From Octopus sinensis (taxonomy: Eukaryota): a DNA stretch of 64,000 nt. Location: the NCBI RefSeq assembly GCF_006345805.1, contig NC_043015.1, positions 51,336,001 to 51,400,000 of the forward strand. Reading direction: 5' to 3'. Under the pieces are notes generated by a model. That model worked only from the letters and a program-made list of their open reading frames with translations. It had not been told where the DNA came from and made no database searches. A program made the translations under genes and the position numbers. Positions 52,200 to 63,950 of the stretch are shown here, piece by piece; position 1 is the first letter of the stretch, and every line of letters starts with the position of its first letter.

Positions 52200-52246
52200 A
52201 TCTGTGTATCGCGATTTCTGGGTTATTTCTCTTCATCAGCACAGAT
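52200..52246 (-). ncRNA. Type I hammerhead ribozyme (upstream copy on the minus strand)
   Basis: ATCTGTG-CTGATGA-agagaaataaccca-GAAA-tcgcg-ATA-CACAGAT: 7-bp helix I, palindromic helix III ATCGCGAT; helix II weakened by one mismatch. Confidence 0.75.
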
Positions 52247-53437
52247 GGCTATATGACACGATCTGTGACCTTATATTTTCGAACAAGGGAATCTAGCACC
52301 CCAACTCACCTCAAAACAATATGATGTTTGAATGTTAACACTGCATGTTTGCACTAGGAAATTAATCTAAGCAACAAGCTAAAAGAACAAATAGCCATAA
52401 AAGACTTAGAATAAAATAAAATAATTAACACCAAAGTAGACACATTGAAATGACAGAGCGAACAGTGAAATTGAGGAAGGTTTCAGAAGCATATTCATTG
52501 ATGTTTTAAGGCATTAACTAGGTTAAAAAATTCTAGAAACCCAGTTACCCTTTAGCATTTAAACCAGCCATATCTGAATCAGTGGAGTCACATGGCCTAG
52601 TGGTTAGATCAGCAGACTCGCAGTCGAGTGATCATGGGTTCGAATCTCAGACCGGGCAATGTGAGTGTTTATGAGCGAAATGCCTAAGCTCCGTGCAGCT
52701 CCGGCGAACTTCTTCTGACTCTTTCGCCACAACTTTCTCTCACACTTTCCTCCTGCATCTTGCAGCTCACCTGCGATGGACCGGCGTCCTGTACAGGTGG
52801 GGAACGTATATGCCAAGGAATCCGGGAAACTGGCCCTGTGAGCCAGGCATGGCTCGAGAAGGAACAAAGAAAACAACAACAAACATCTCTGGATCAAGCA
52901 TTCTTCCTCTTTTTATTGTTCAAACCATCCAAATCTGACCTCTTACACCTTCCCTAAAATGTCATTTTAAAATATAAATAATCACAGCATTGAAAATTTG
53001 AAGCTATGAGGATGCATGATCAATTTAAAACAGTGTGGATAGGTGCAGGCATGGCTGTTTGGTAGGTAGGAAGTTTGCTTCCCCACCGCATGGTTCCGGG
53101 TTCAGTCTCACTAGGGCAAGTGTTCTTCTACAGTATCTTCAAGACTGTAATGTCCAGTGGTTGATAATGATGATGATGACGACGATTATGGTGCATTTCA
53201 CTGATGAAGCTTGGGTCAACATGCAGAAGCTATGGTAAATTGTCCTTGGTGAAGCCAGGCATTGGAATTGAACCAGGCACCTCATGATTATGAATTGCAC
53301 TGCTTTACCATTTGACCCATTCTGCATCCAGAACATCAGGTTTAGGCATGGATGTTTAACCAAGAAGCTCACTTTCCAACCCCTTGGTTTCAGGTTCACT
53401 TCCACAGTGCTGCACCTCGGGCAAGTGTCTTCCATAA

Positions 53438-53704
53438 GTGGAGGTACACATGGCTGAGTGGTTAAAGTATTGAACTCATACTCTCTCTTTTTACTCTTTT
53501 ACTTGTTTCAGTCATTTGACTGTGGCCATGCTGGAGCACCACCTTTAGTTAAGCAAATCAACCCCAGGACTTATTCTTTGTAAGCCTAGTACTTATTCTA
53601 TCGGTCTCTTTTGCTGAACAGCTAAGTTATGGGGACGTAAATACACCAGCATCGGTTGTCAAGCAATGTTGGGGGGACAAACACAGACACACAAACATAT
53701 ACAT

Positions 53705-53762
<58 letters not shown>

Positions 53763-54140
53763 GATGGGCTTCTTTCAGTTTCTGTCTACCAAATCCACTC
53801 ACAAGGCTTTGGTCGGCCCGAGGCTATAGTAAAAGACACTTGTCCAAGGTGCCACACAGTGGGACTGAACCTGGAACCATGTGGTTTGTAAGCAAGCTAC
53901 TTACCACACAGCCACTCCTGCGCCTATCGTAAGATTGTGGTTTCTATTCCTGGACTGGCAAATGCATTGTGTCCTTGAGTAGAACCCTTCATTTCACTTT
54001 GCTCCAGTCTACTCAGCCAGCAAAAATGCATAATCCTGTGACGGACTGGTGTCCCATACAAGTGGAGAATATATAACCCAAGGACACCAGGCAACTGGCC
54101 CTTGTAAGTCAGCATGACTTGGGAAGGTGGCCTTTACCTT
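53438..54140 (+). mobile_element. SINE-E split by a full-length SINE-A (53481-53925, -)
   Basis: SINE-E head GGAGGTACACATGGCTGAGTGGTTAAAG resumes as TCGTAAGATTGTGGTTTCTATTCC after the SINE-A. Confidence 0.8.
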
Positions 54141-55334
54141 TACTTGACATACGTTTAACCACTATAAACAAATCATTTTTGACAGTTGTTTGCCAAAAGC
54201 TGAACACTCATGCATTATCTTATCTTTGACGAGAGAGTCTGTCGTTATTTTACTTTTGCCTTTTCTTACTTTAAATGCTTTCTATCATAGCCCCATGCCA
54301 ACCAATGCCTTGTGAGTGAATTTGTTTGATAGAAACTGTGTGGAGGCCCACCATGTATGTGTGTGTGTGTGTTCATGTGTCTGCATTTTATATTGCCCAC
54401 CGTCGCTTGACAACAGGTGTTGGTTTGTTTGCATCTCCATAACTTAGCAGTTTGGCAATTGACAATAGAGATAGAGATAATAAGTACCAGACTTGATTAG
54501 AAAAAAAAAACAAAATCACAACAACAAGGGTTAATTTGTTTGACTAAAACCCTTCATGCTCCAGCATGACCGCAGTCCATAGACAGACAGAGAGAAAGTA
54601 TTAGCGGCATTTTGTCTGTCTTTACATTCTGAGTTCAAATTCCGCCAAGGTCAACTTTGCCTTTCATCCTTTCAGGGTTGATAAATTAAGTACCAGTTGT
54701 GTACTGGAGTTGGTCTAATCGACTGGCACCCCTGCCTCCCCAAAAATTTCGTGTCTTGTACCTAGAGGAGAAAAGACAGAGAGAAAGTAAGAGAAATTGC
54801 TGAATTTACAGAATTCTTCAAACCACAATAAATTTCTAAAAACAACCCCCCACCAAAAAAAAAAAACAAAAAAAAAGCAAAACAAAACAAACAGAAAAGT
54901 GTATAAAACACAATAAATAAAATGAATGGCTTCATTGGCAAGTTTATGTCTATAAAATTAATTACTGATTGTTTTTATAATCAGTGTATTATAATATTTA
55001 AAAAATAGACTTGCTATTATAATATTGGACATATTTGTGTTGTTGTTGTTATTGTTGTTGTTGTAGTTGTTGGTTTTTGTTTGTCTTGTGTTCATGTAGC
55101 GAGACACTTCGATGTAAATATCACAGTTTCTGACATTTGTGTTTCTCTTGCCTCGAAATGATAATATCGTCTTATTTACATTGATTTTTGCTGCTATTTT
55201 CTTGCTTATTAACATAACATAATAATATTTGTGTGCGGTGCATGTATGTGTGCGTGTGCGTGCCTGTGTACGTATGTCTGTGTATGTATGTTTATGTCTG
55301 GCACATATGCTATGTATGTATTTATTTATATATA

Positions 55335-55367
<33 letters not shown>

Positions 55368-55580
55368 ATGTATATATGTATATATATGTATGTATGTATA
55401 TATACATCTTCATTTACATATATATATATGTATATATATACATATGTATATGCATATATATATATACATATGTATATGCATATATATATATACATATGTA
55501 TATGCATATATATATACATATGTATATGCATGTATATGCATATATATACATGTATATGCATATATATATATATGTATATG

Positions 55581-55611
<31 letters not shown>

Positions 55612-55649
55612 ATGTGTATATATATATATGTATATATATGTGTGTATAT

Positions 55650-55683
<34 letters not shown>

Positions 55684-56774
55684 GTGCACATACACATATG
55701 AATATGTATATTGCTATATACATACGTAAAAGAATATATTTATATATTTCGTTTTTTTTGTTTGGTTTGCAAGATTCTTGATGTAAACATATTTATGTAT
55801 GTATGTGTGTATAATTACTCATGTATGTGTGGGTGGGCATTGTGAGTGGGTGTGTATTTGTGTGTGTGCATGTGTACTATATATATATGTATGTGCGTAT
55901 ACATATATTTATGTATATGTAATCGTTGTGTGTTTGTATTAATATATTGATATTTAATTCAGTTTGATAAGCATCTAAGCTATCTTTGAGAAATAATTTA
56001 TTCATTTTTATCTACATTTTGGATTTAAATTAAATTACTAACATGTCAGAATGAATTTATCATGGATTTTATATTATTTTCTAAATTAGTGACTTTTCGC
56101 AGTAAATAAGTTTGTATTATATGACACAATTCAGATGGGGGTATGGAGTTTCTGTAAATAAAAGTTCAATGTTTAAGAAGAATATTCTTCGGTACCACTT
56201 CTGGGAATTGTTTCATAGGAGACAGAAGCTGTAATTTTTGAAACGAAATAACCATTTGATGCAGTTATTGATAAGATCATCGGTACCTTGTTGTTGTTGT
56301 TACCATGGTTTCCAAATTTCCAAAGTTTTAACATTGAATTTTTTTTCTGTTCACCAAATTGTAAGGCTTTGTGGTTGGATTTAGTAGAAGGAAACTGAAA
56401 GAAGCCTGTAGTAAATATAGAGGGTGAAAACATTATAGCTGTGTGATTAAGTAAGTTTGCTTACTGGCAACATGGTGGCCAGGTATTGTTGGTGTTGTAG
56501 TTATATTGTTTTTTTCTAATTGTATTGTTGTGGGTGTTTGGTCGCGAATAAACCCTCGTAGAACTAAGATCAAAGAACTAAGAGTAAGCCAAGTGTTTTC
56601 ATTTGAAATGGATTTGCTCATCAACTGGGAGGGGTGCCCCCCTCTCTCACTATCTATCCATCCATCCATCCATCCATCATAAAAGGGTAAAATTGATTAA
56701 TTAATTAATTAATTAATCAATATATATTGCGTACATATTTAATTGTAACACTCTCAAATTTATATTTTGAAATA

Positions 56775-56840
56775 CTACACTGAAGAGGCGAAATAAGTAA
56801 GTAATTATAAATTTACTTTAATTCTGAAATGCGTATGTAG
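56775..56840 (+). ncRNA. Type I hammerhead ribozyme with long AU-rich helix II
   Basis: CTACA-CTGAAGA-[gg..aagtaa..ttactt..ct]-GAAA-tgc-GTA-TGTAG; helix III ATGCGT looks like a CpG-decayed palindrome ACGCGT; the downstream flank is homologous to 47441-47560. Confidence 0.7.
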
Positions 56841-57015
56841 CTAATCTGAGTCATGTGGATTCGTTATTGCTTCTTTTTACCTATGTAAAACAGTGTGTTG
56901 CTGTCTGGGGGATGTTTATGGTAGCAGAAAATGGATTTTAACTCCTATTTTCTAAATGCAGTGTGTGGTGAAGCAATTAGCTGACCCCTAATTATGTTTA
57001 TAATTACAGGATATT

Positions 57016-57044
<29 letters not shown>

Positions 57045-57046
<2 letters not shown>

Positions 57047-57240
57047 GGAGAGTTTACCAAAAAAAAACATAAAGACGAAGACAGGTGGTGTACAAAACAA
57101 ACAGATGTATTAGTATAACGCTCAGGAATAGAAAAAGTCTTTTACGTTTCGAGCCTACGCTCTTCTACAGAAAAGGACACAGAAAAAACAAGAAGAGAAA
57201 AAAATGTGTGTAGTAGCTAACGATCTATCATGGCGACTAT
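57045..57240 (-). mobile_element. Penelope-like pLTR fragment with variant hammerhead (57139-57175)
   Basis: Minus strand ctttt-CTGTAGA-a-GAGC gtag GCTC-GAAA-c-GTA-aaag; flanked by (TA)n. Confidence 0.65.
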
Positions 57241-57721
57241 ATATATATATATTTAATCAAAGGATATGTTAACCTTGTGAAGGGATGGTTGCATCCAAGG
57301 AAATACTGGTTGAACACCTATTATTTTTGGAGAATGAAATCCCTTTAAAAAGAATAGGTATATATTAAGCATATAATTTATCTCCATTCAAAAGTGGAAT
57401 AGAAAATGGAGATATGGAAGTTAATAATTGTTTACTGTTAACAACATATTGGTCATCTTCCCTTCTTAAAGCCGTTTCAATTAATACTTAATAATTTAAT
57501 TACAAATTTATGCATTAAATCTACATTTATGTGACATGAATGAAATTTCATCAGAGGAAAAAGACAGATGTGCCTTTGGATGTTATAGGTGAGTCTATCA
57601 ATTCATTTCAGGAGACATTTCAATGTCTGTGAGAAGCGAAGATGACCAATTTGTTGTCAGTAATAAACAATTATTAGCTTCCTTCTCTCCATTTTCTTTT
57701 TTCTCCTTTTAAATAGATATA

Positions 57722-57770
<49 letters not shown>

Positions 57771-57841
57771 TATTTATATATGTATATATATATACATACA
57801 TAGACATATATGCATATATATACATATACATGTATATATAT

Positions 57842-57872
<31 letters not shown>

Positions 57873-57937
57873 GCATATATATATATACACACATATGTAC
57901 ACACACACACACACACATATATATATATTTATATTTA

Positions 57938-59486
57938 TACATGTGAAAGAATGACAAGTAAGGTTAACCCTGGCGGAATTTGAACTCAGGGGCTAAACAC
58001 AGAGAGGACAAACAAGGACAGAAAAACGGATTAAGTTGATTATATCGACCCCAGTGCATAACTGGTACTTATTTAATCGACCCCCGAAAGGATGAAAGGT
58101 AAAGTCAACCTCGGCGGAATTTGATCTCGGAATGTAAAAACAGGCGAAATATCTATTTCTATTTCTTTACATGTGAAAGAATGACAAGTAAGGTTAACCC
58201 TGGCGGAATTTGAACTCAGGGGCTAAACACAGAGAGGACAAACAAGGACAGACAAATGGATTAAGTCGATTATATCGACACCAGTGCGTAACTGGTACTT
58301 ATTTAATCGACCCCCAAAAGGATGAAAGGCAAAGTCGACCTCGGCGGAATTTGAACTCAGAATGTAATGGCAAACAAAATACCGCTAAACATTTCGCCCG
58401 GTGTGCTAGCAATTGTGTCAACTCACCACTTTAATAATAATCTTTTTTATTCTTGGCACAAAGCGCGAAATTTTGGGAGAGGGGGCCAGTCGATTAGATC
58501 AACCCCAGTAAGCAACTGGTGCTTAATTTATTGACCCTAAGAGGATGAAAGGCAAAGTTGACCTCAGAGGGATTTGAACTCAGAACATAAAGACAGACGA
58601 AATGCTGCTAAGCATTTCACCTGCTATGCTAGCATTTCTGTCAGCTTGCCGCCTTAAAATTATATACACAGAACAGGTGGAGTGTTGATAATATTCTTTT
58701 CTAATCTAGGCACAGTGCCCAAAATTTTTGGGGAGGGAGACAGTCAATTAGATTGACCCCAGTATGCAACTGGTACTTAATTTATTGATCCCGAAAGAAT
58801 GAAAGGCAAAGTTAACCTCAGAGGGATTTGAACTCAGAATGTAAAGATAGACTAAATGCTATTAAGCATTTTGTTCAGCATGCTAACGTTTCTACCAGCT
58901 TGCTGCCTTTAAATAATATTTTCTGCCCGAGCCACAAGGCCCGAAATTTTGATTAGATCAACTCCAGTACACAGCTGGTTGAATGTAAAGACAGATAAAA
59001 TGCATTTCATCCAATGTGATAACATTTCTTATTTCTTTATTACCCACAAGGGACTAAACATAGAGGGGACAAACAAGGACAGACAAAGGGATTAAGTTGA
59101 TTACATCGACCCCAGTTTGTAACTGGTACTTAATTTATCGACCCCGAAAGGATGAAAGGCAAAATCGACCTCGGTGGAATTTGTACTCAGAACGTAACTG
59201 CAGGCGAAATACTGCTAAGCATTTCACCCGGAGTGCTAACGATTCTGCCAGCTCACCGCCTTTAAATAATCTTTCCTGCTCTAGCCACAAGGCTTGAAAT
59301 TTTTTTGGGGGGGTGGAGACAGTCGATTAGATTGACTCCAGTACGCAGCTGGTACTTAATTTATCGACCCCGAAAGGATGAAAGGCAAAGTCAACCTCGG
59401 CAGAATTTGAACTCAGAACGTAATGGCAGATGAAATACCACTAAGCATTTCACCCGCTGTGCTAACGTTTCTGCCAGCTTGCCGCC

Positions 59487-59488
<2 letters not shown>
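57938..59488 (-). mobile_element. Head-to-tail array of about seven SINE-B copies
   Basis: Repeated GAAAGGATGAAAGGCAAAGTC..GGAATTTGAACTCAG units, all on the minus strand, with B1 and B2 tails; the first two units are a 230-bp tandem duplication (57938 / 58168). Confidence 0.88.
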
Positions 59489-59526
<38 letters not shown>

Positions 59527-61819
59527 ATTGATCAGTCTGTGTTTAGTATACTAAAATGTGAAGAAAGTGCATTTAGAGTTTGCTACTTGGTGTTTTTCTG
59601 CAATTACTATTGGTGGTGTGCATCGCAGCAGCAGCAGCAGCAAGCAGCACATCGTTTGGAACTAATTAGATTATTGGTCCTGATATTTTTGTGTGGTGTT
59701 ATGTAGAGAGTTCTGTAAGAGGAGGGCGGTGCTGTGGCTGGCAGGGAGGCATTTAAAGTGAATACGGATGGATAAAGATGGTGTGTAAGCGAGTTCTCAA
59801 GTAAACTGGGGGAAAGAATTAATGTCGAAAAGTCTGAGGTGAGTCGCTGTTATTAAGATTACAATTTTCCGGGCTATTAACCTGCTATTTAAAGTGTGTA
59901 TATTTCTAATATTCATATCTACACATCGTAAATATTCAGTCTCAATATGAAGTTAATAGTGTGGAAAAGAAATAGATAAACTTGACTGGTGGAAGAGTTT
60001 CAAATATTGTTTTGACGAACATGTTATGCTGCTTTTAGTCTTTTAGTCTTTGAACAAAAGGAAGAATATCTTTAGACAGAATGACTGAAGAGAATGAAGG
60101 AATTAAGTGTGAACCATTAGATATTTGAAATGTTGAAATGGCTGCTGTGTTTGCTGTTGTTGTTGTTGTTTGGTTAGTTATTCAGTCAGTCAGTCCAAGA
60201 TCAATCCTGATATGGTAGCAGACCTTTGATCAGAGGAATACCAGTTGTGATAATACCATTTTTTTTTTCCATTCAGACATAATGTATCTCAGACTACATA
60301 TTCTAATGTATTCTTGGCCAATTTTTTCTTTTTTTTTTTTTGAAAGATAGTACTATGTGATTTTAGAGAGATTTCTCTGCTCTTTCTAGCGGGTGAAATG
60401 ACCACTTAAAATTACCATCATTGACTCGTTAATACAGAAGCTGAATGTGAAGTATCTGAGACCCCCTTCGGTCATGACACAAACCATGGGATTGCACCTT
60501 GAAAGTTAACCCCACAGGCACAAGTCCGGGCAAGGCTGTCTATAGAAGACCAGCAGTCGCCCATGCATGCCGACCTCCCCTCTTCATGCCACCAGTGTTA
60601 TCCAAGGGAAAGGCAAAGGCTGATACAGCTTGGCATCTGTGACATTGCAACTCATTTCTAAAACTGAGTGAACTGGAGCAATGTGAAATAAAGTGTCTTG
60701 CTCAAGAACACAACACACAGCCCGATCTGGGATTCGAGCTCACAACCTCATGATTGTAAGCTCGATGCTCTAACCATTGAGCCACATGCCTTCACAATGT
60801 GAAGTATACTACCAAAACAACTCTGTGTGTGCATATATGTAAGTGCATGTGTGCGTGTGTTTGTATGTGTGTGTGTGTGTGTGTGAGTGTGTGTTTGTGT
60901 CACCTTGTCTTGACATTGTGCCACAGATTTAGACGAGTGTTGCCTTCATGCAAAATGCTAACTTTTGTTTCCAATCTTCCATGAAAATATCTTGCCATGG
61001 TGGTGGTGGGGTGGGGGATGGGGAATATGTCCTTCTTTGGAAACGTGAGGGTTGGTGACAGGGAGGGCATCTAGCTGTAGAAAAAATCTGTCTCAGCAAA
61101 TTCCATCTGACCCATGCAAGCAGACATGGAAAAGTAGCCGTTAAAGCAATAATGTTGATGAGATGGTGACGGTGGTGGCAACTATAGTGGAGGTGGCTGT
61201 GGCGGTGGTGGTGATTATGATGCTGATAGTGATGATAATGGTGGTGGTAGTGGCAGTTGTGGAGGGGTGATGAGGGTGGTGGTGAAGACAGTGGTGATGA
61301 TGATGTTCATTGTGATCATAACAATGATGGTAATGGTGGTGGTGGTAGTGATGTTGTTGATGATGATGATGATAATGTGTGATGTTCTGGATGGTGTACC
61401 TGTCTTGAGACCACGTGTGGAAATAACAAAGCAGTTTACGTGGAAGAAGAGTTATTATGGTCATTTAATTACATTCTAATTAATGTTAATTTCATTTAAA
61501 ATTTTTGAGACCTCATGAAATAAATTTAAGTAAAATTAACCGGTCTGTGTCCTTTTAAATGGCCAGAATAATTTTTCCATGTCAAGGTGGCTATTTGCTT
61601 TGTGCAGGCATGGGTGTATTGTTAAGACATTTGCTGAACCCAAAACCTTGGCGTTTTGGGTTCAGTCTGACTGTATGACTCCTTGGGCAAGTGGCTTCTA
61701 CTATAGCCCCAGGCTGACCAAAGCTTCGTTAGTGAATTTCATAGATGGAATCTGAAAGAAGCCCAGAATATCATCATACATATCTATCTATCCGTCTGCC
61801 TGCCTGTCTGCTGGGTGTA

Positions 61820-61852
<33 letters not shown>

Positions 61853-61891
61853 ATAGGTGCAAGCAAAGTTGTGTGGTAAGAAGCTTGCTTC

Positions 61892-63950
61892 TGTTTGAAC
61901 TGAGAGGACACCTCGGTCTGAGCTCCATCCTAAAAAGAAAAAAGAACAAAAACAGCACCTGTTAAAAGTCGTCACGCTGGCATGCAGCTGGCGAAAGTTG
62001 AACTGAAAGACGCTGTAAGGTAAGACTCTTCGCTTTTTGAGTCCGGTAGGATTTTTTGCCTGTTGGTTTAAATTTTTTTGAACAAGCAGGGAGTCCTTAC
62101 TGGATTTCGAAGCTTTTTGTCTGCCTTGCGGTGGAGATGTGTGTTGTCTCACATAATTGTGAGAAATTGTATTTGAAAATTTTTGTGCCCACGTGGATTA
62201 AAAGAATTGGCCAGGAGTACCTTTCGGCCGAAAATTTATTTCTTTACCTGGATTTGAACTCTCTTTTCACAGCTATCATTTATTTAAAAAAAAAAAAAGA
62301 ACTTTATTTGAACTGTTATTTTTATTTTTTCTTCCCTACTATTGTGTCTTCTTTCTTTTTTTGTGTATCTTTCTTTATTTGAAAACGTATTGACGAACTA
62401 TATTTGAACTTTTTATTTTAAAAAACATGGCGAAGGAAATATTAGGGTAGGAATTAACTCCTCCCAAATCATGGCTAAAAGAGCTTGAAAGGAAGACGGT
62501 GGTGTTGAGGACTTATTCAAAATTGCTCGATACCATAACCGTCTTTCCGAAAGCCACAATTTTGAAAGAGCTGGCAGAATACATGCCAGCTATTAAATTT
62601 ATTTCACAGGGAGTCAAATTTGCAATGGTCTGGTTGCTATTTGACTCCCCCAAAGAAGCTTGCGATTTTGCAAGCCGGCCCCTCGAGGGGAAGGAAATAA
62701 TGTTTCTTCCAAGCTACTGTGGAAAGAAATTTTTGAAAGCTTGGATCTGTGGTTTGCCACCCGGAGTTGAGCCCGAGTGGATAGAGGACTCTATTCGCCG
62801 GGGTCTAGGTGGTAGCAGTACCAAGCTGCTCAATGTAAAAATTTTGCCTGCGGCTGATTGGGAGGGGTCAAAAGCTGTGTTGACCCTATGGACCCAATCA
62901 GCCGAAAGTCTGGTTTTTCCCAGATTTTTTGAGGATGACCGGATCTAGGTATCCGGTGATGCTTGAGAGATGCCCCCCCCCCAAGTGTCACCTGTGCCTG
63001 GAGACCAGCCACATCAAGAGAAACTGCCCCAAGGACCAAAATAGGATCCTGGAGCAGTTATCAGAGGAACCACTCCCTGCTCCCTCAATGGAGGGAGAGA
63101 AGGAGAAGGATGTCGAGGAGGGGAAAACCTCCTCGAAAAAACGAAAGCGAAAGGTGGGCAACAATGGTTGCCCACCAAAGAACCCGAGAGCTGCAGGAGA
63201 AAAGGAGGACCTACTGGACACAGCAAGGGAACACCACTCTCACGCAGCCCAAGGGAAAAAGAAAAGAAAGAAGAAAAACGGGACATTGCTGGCAGGTTGT
63301 GACACGCTGCCGGCGTGTCCCAATTCTCCTTTGGCAGGTGTGCTGCTGGAGGAGAAATTTTTGGTCCTCTTCAACAAGGGAGGAACCTTGCAAAATGAAA
63401 TCCAAAAAATTGAAAGGAAGTGCCGGTGGGAGCCCCTCCCACAGGCACTTCCTTAATTTTTTTGATTTTTCTGTCCTACACGGAGGACCCTGAGTGGCCT
63501 TCGCAGGTGGCTGCAGAGGTCTTATGCAAGAACGATCTATGGAAGATAATGAACTCCTTCCCGAAGGACTCCTTCAGATTTATGTTGAAACCTTTAAGTT
63601 CGGAACCGACCAAGTGCTTCGATGAAGCGAGGAGCCTGGCCGGGCGGAAAAGTTGAAGAGGTGTATTACCTCAAAAAGAGACTAAAAATGTAAAAAGTGA
63701 TAGGATTATTACCTCGTGTTTGTGTTTTATTTTTAATTTTGAACTGTGTAAGAGGTTTATTGCCTCATTGTGTTTTTTAAAAAAAAAAGAAAAGAAGAAC
63801 AATGTTTTAGAGAAGCGAAAGTCGGCGGGCACTTTTCGTCTTCTCCCATCCTTATCATCCATATATCATCATCATTCATCCCATTAATGTCTCTGTCTAG
63901 CCCTCAATCTTCTCTCTGTGTGCTGCCCTTGTGGCAAATTTAATGAAATA
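61892..63950 (+). mobile_element. ORF1-only non-LTR retroelement (L1/Tx1-like gag, HAL1-like architecture) with 14-bp TSD
   Basis: TSD AAGAAGCTTGCTTC at 61878-61891 and 63951-63964; interrupts a SINE-A head that resumes exactly; ~535-bp 5'UTR, one gag-like reading frame, ~295-bp 3'UTR ending GAAATA(AA); no RT or endonuclease. Confidence 0.88.
62427..63656 (+). pseudogene. Disrupted gag-like ORF1 (putative RRM-like region, CX2CX4HX4C zinc knuckle, basic NLS-like tracts)
   Basis: ATG at 62427, in-frame TAG at 62448-62450, frameshifts near 62915-62930 and ~63455; knuckle C-HL-C-LETS-H-IKRN-C at 62986-63027 preceded by YPVMLE..PPK, as typical of L1/Tx1-type ORF1; KKRKRK and KKKRKKK tracts. Confidence 0.82.

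Larger units (their letters stand above)
51694..52322 (-). mobile_element. Direct-repeat element with two hammerhead ribozymes (retrozyme/PLE pLTR-like)
   Basis: ~200-bp repeats at 51694-51896 and 52039-52245 (offset 345) plus a partial third at 52246-52322; each full repeat carries CTGATGA-ag[g/a]gaaataaccca-GAAA-tcgcg-ATA on the minus strand. Confidence 0.8.

Noticed and set aside
59663-59673. Paired-homeodomain P3 site TAATTAGATTA
   Set aside because: Expected by chance in such AT-rich DNA; no supporting context.
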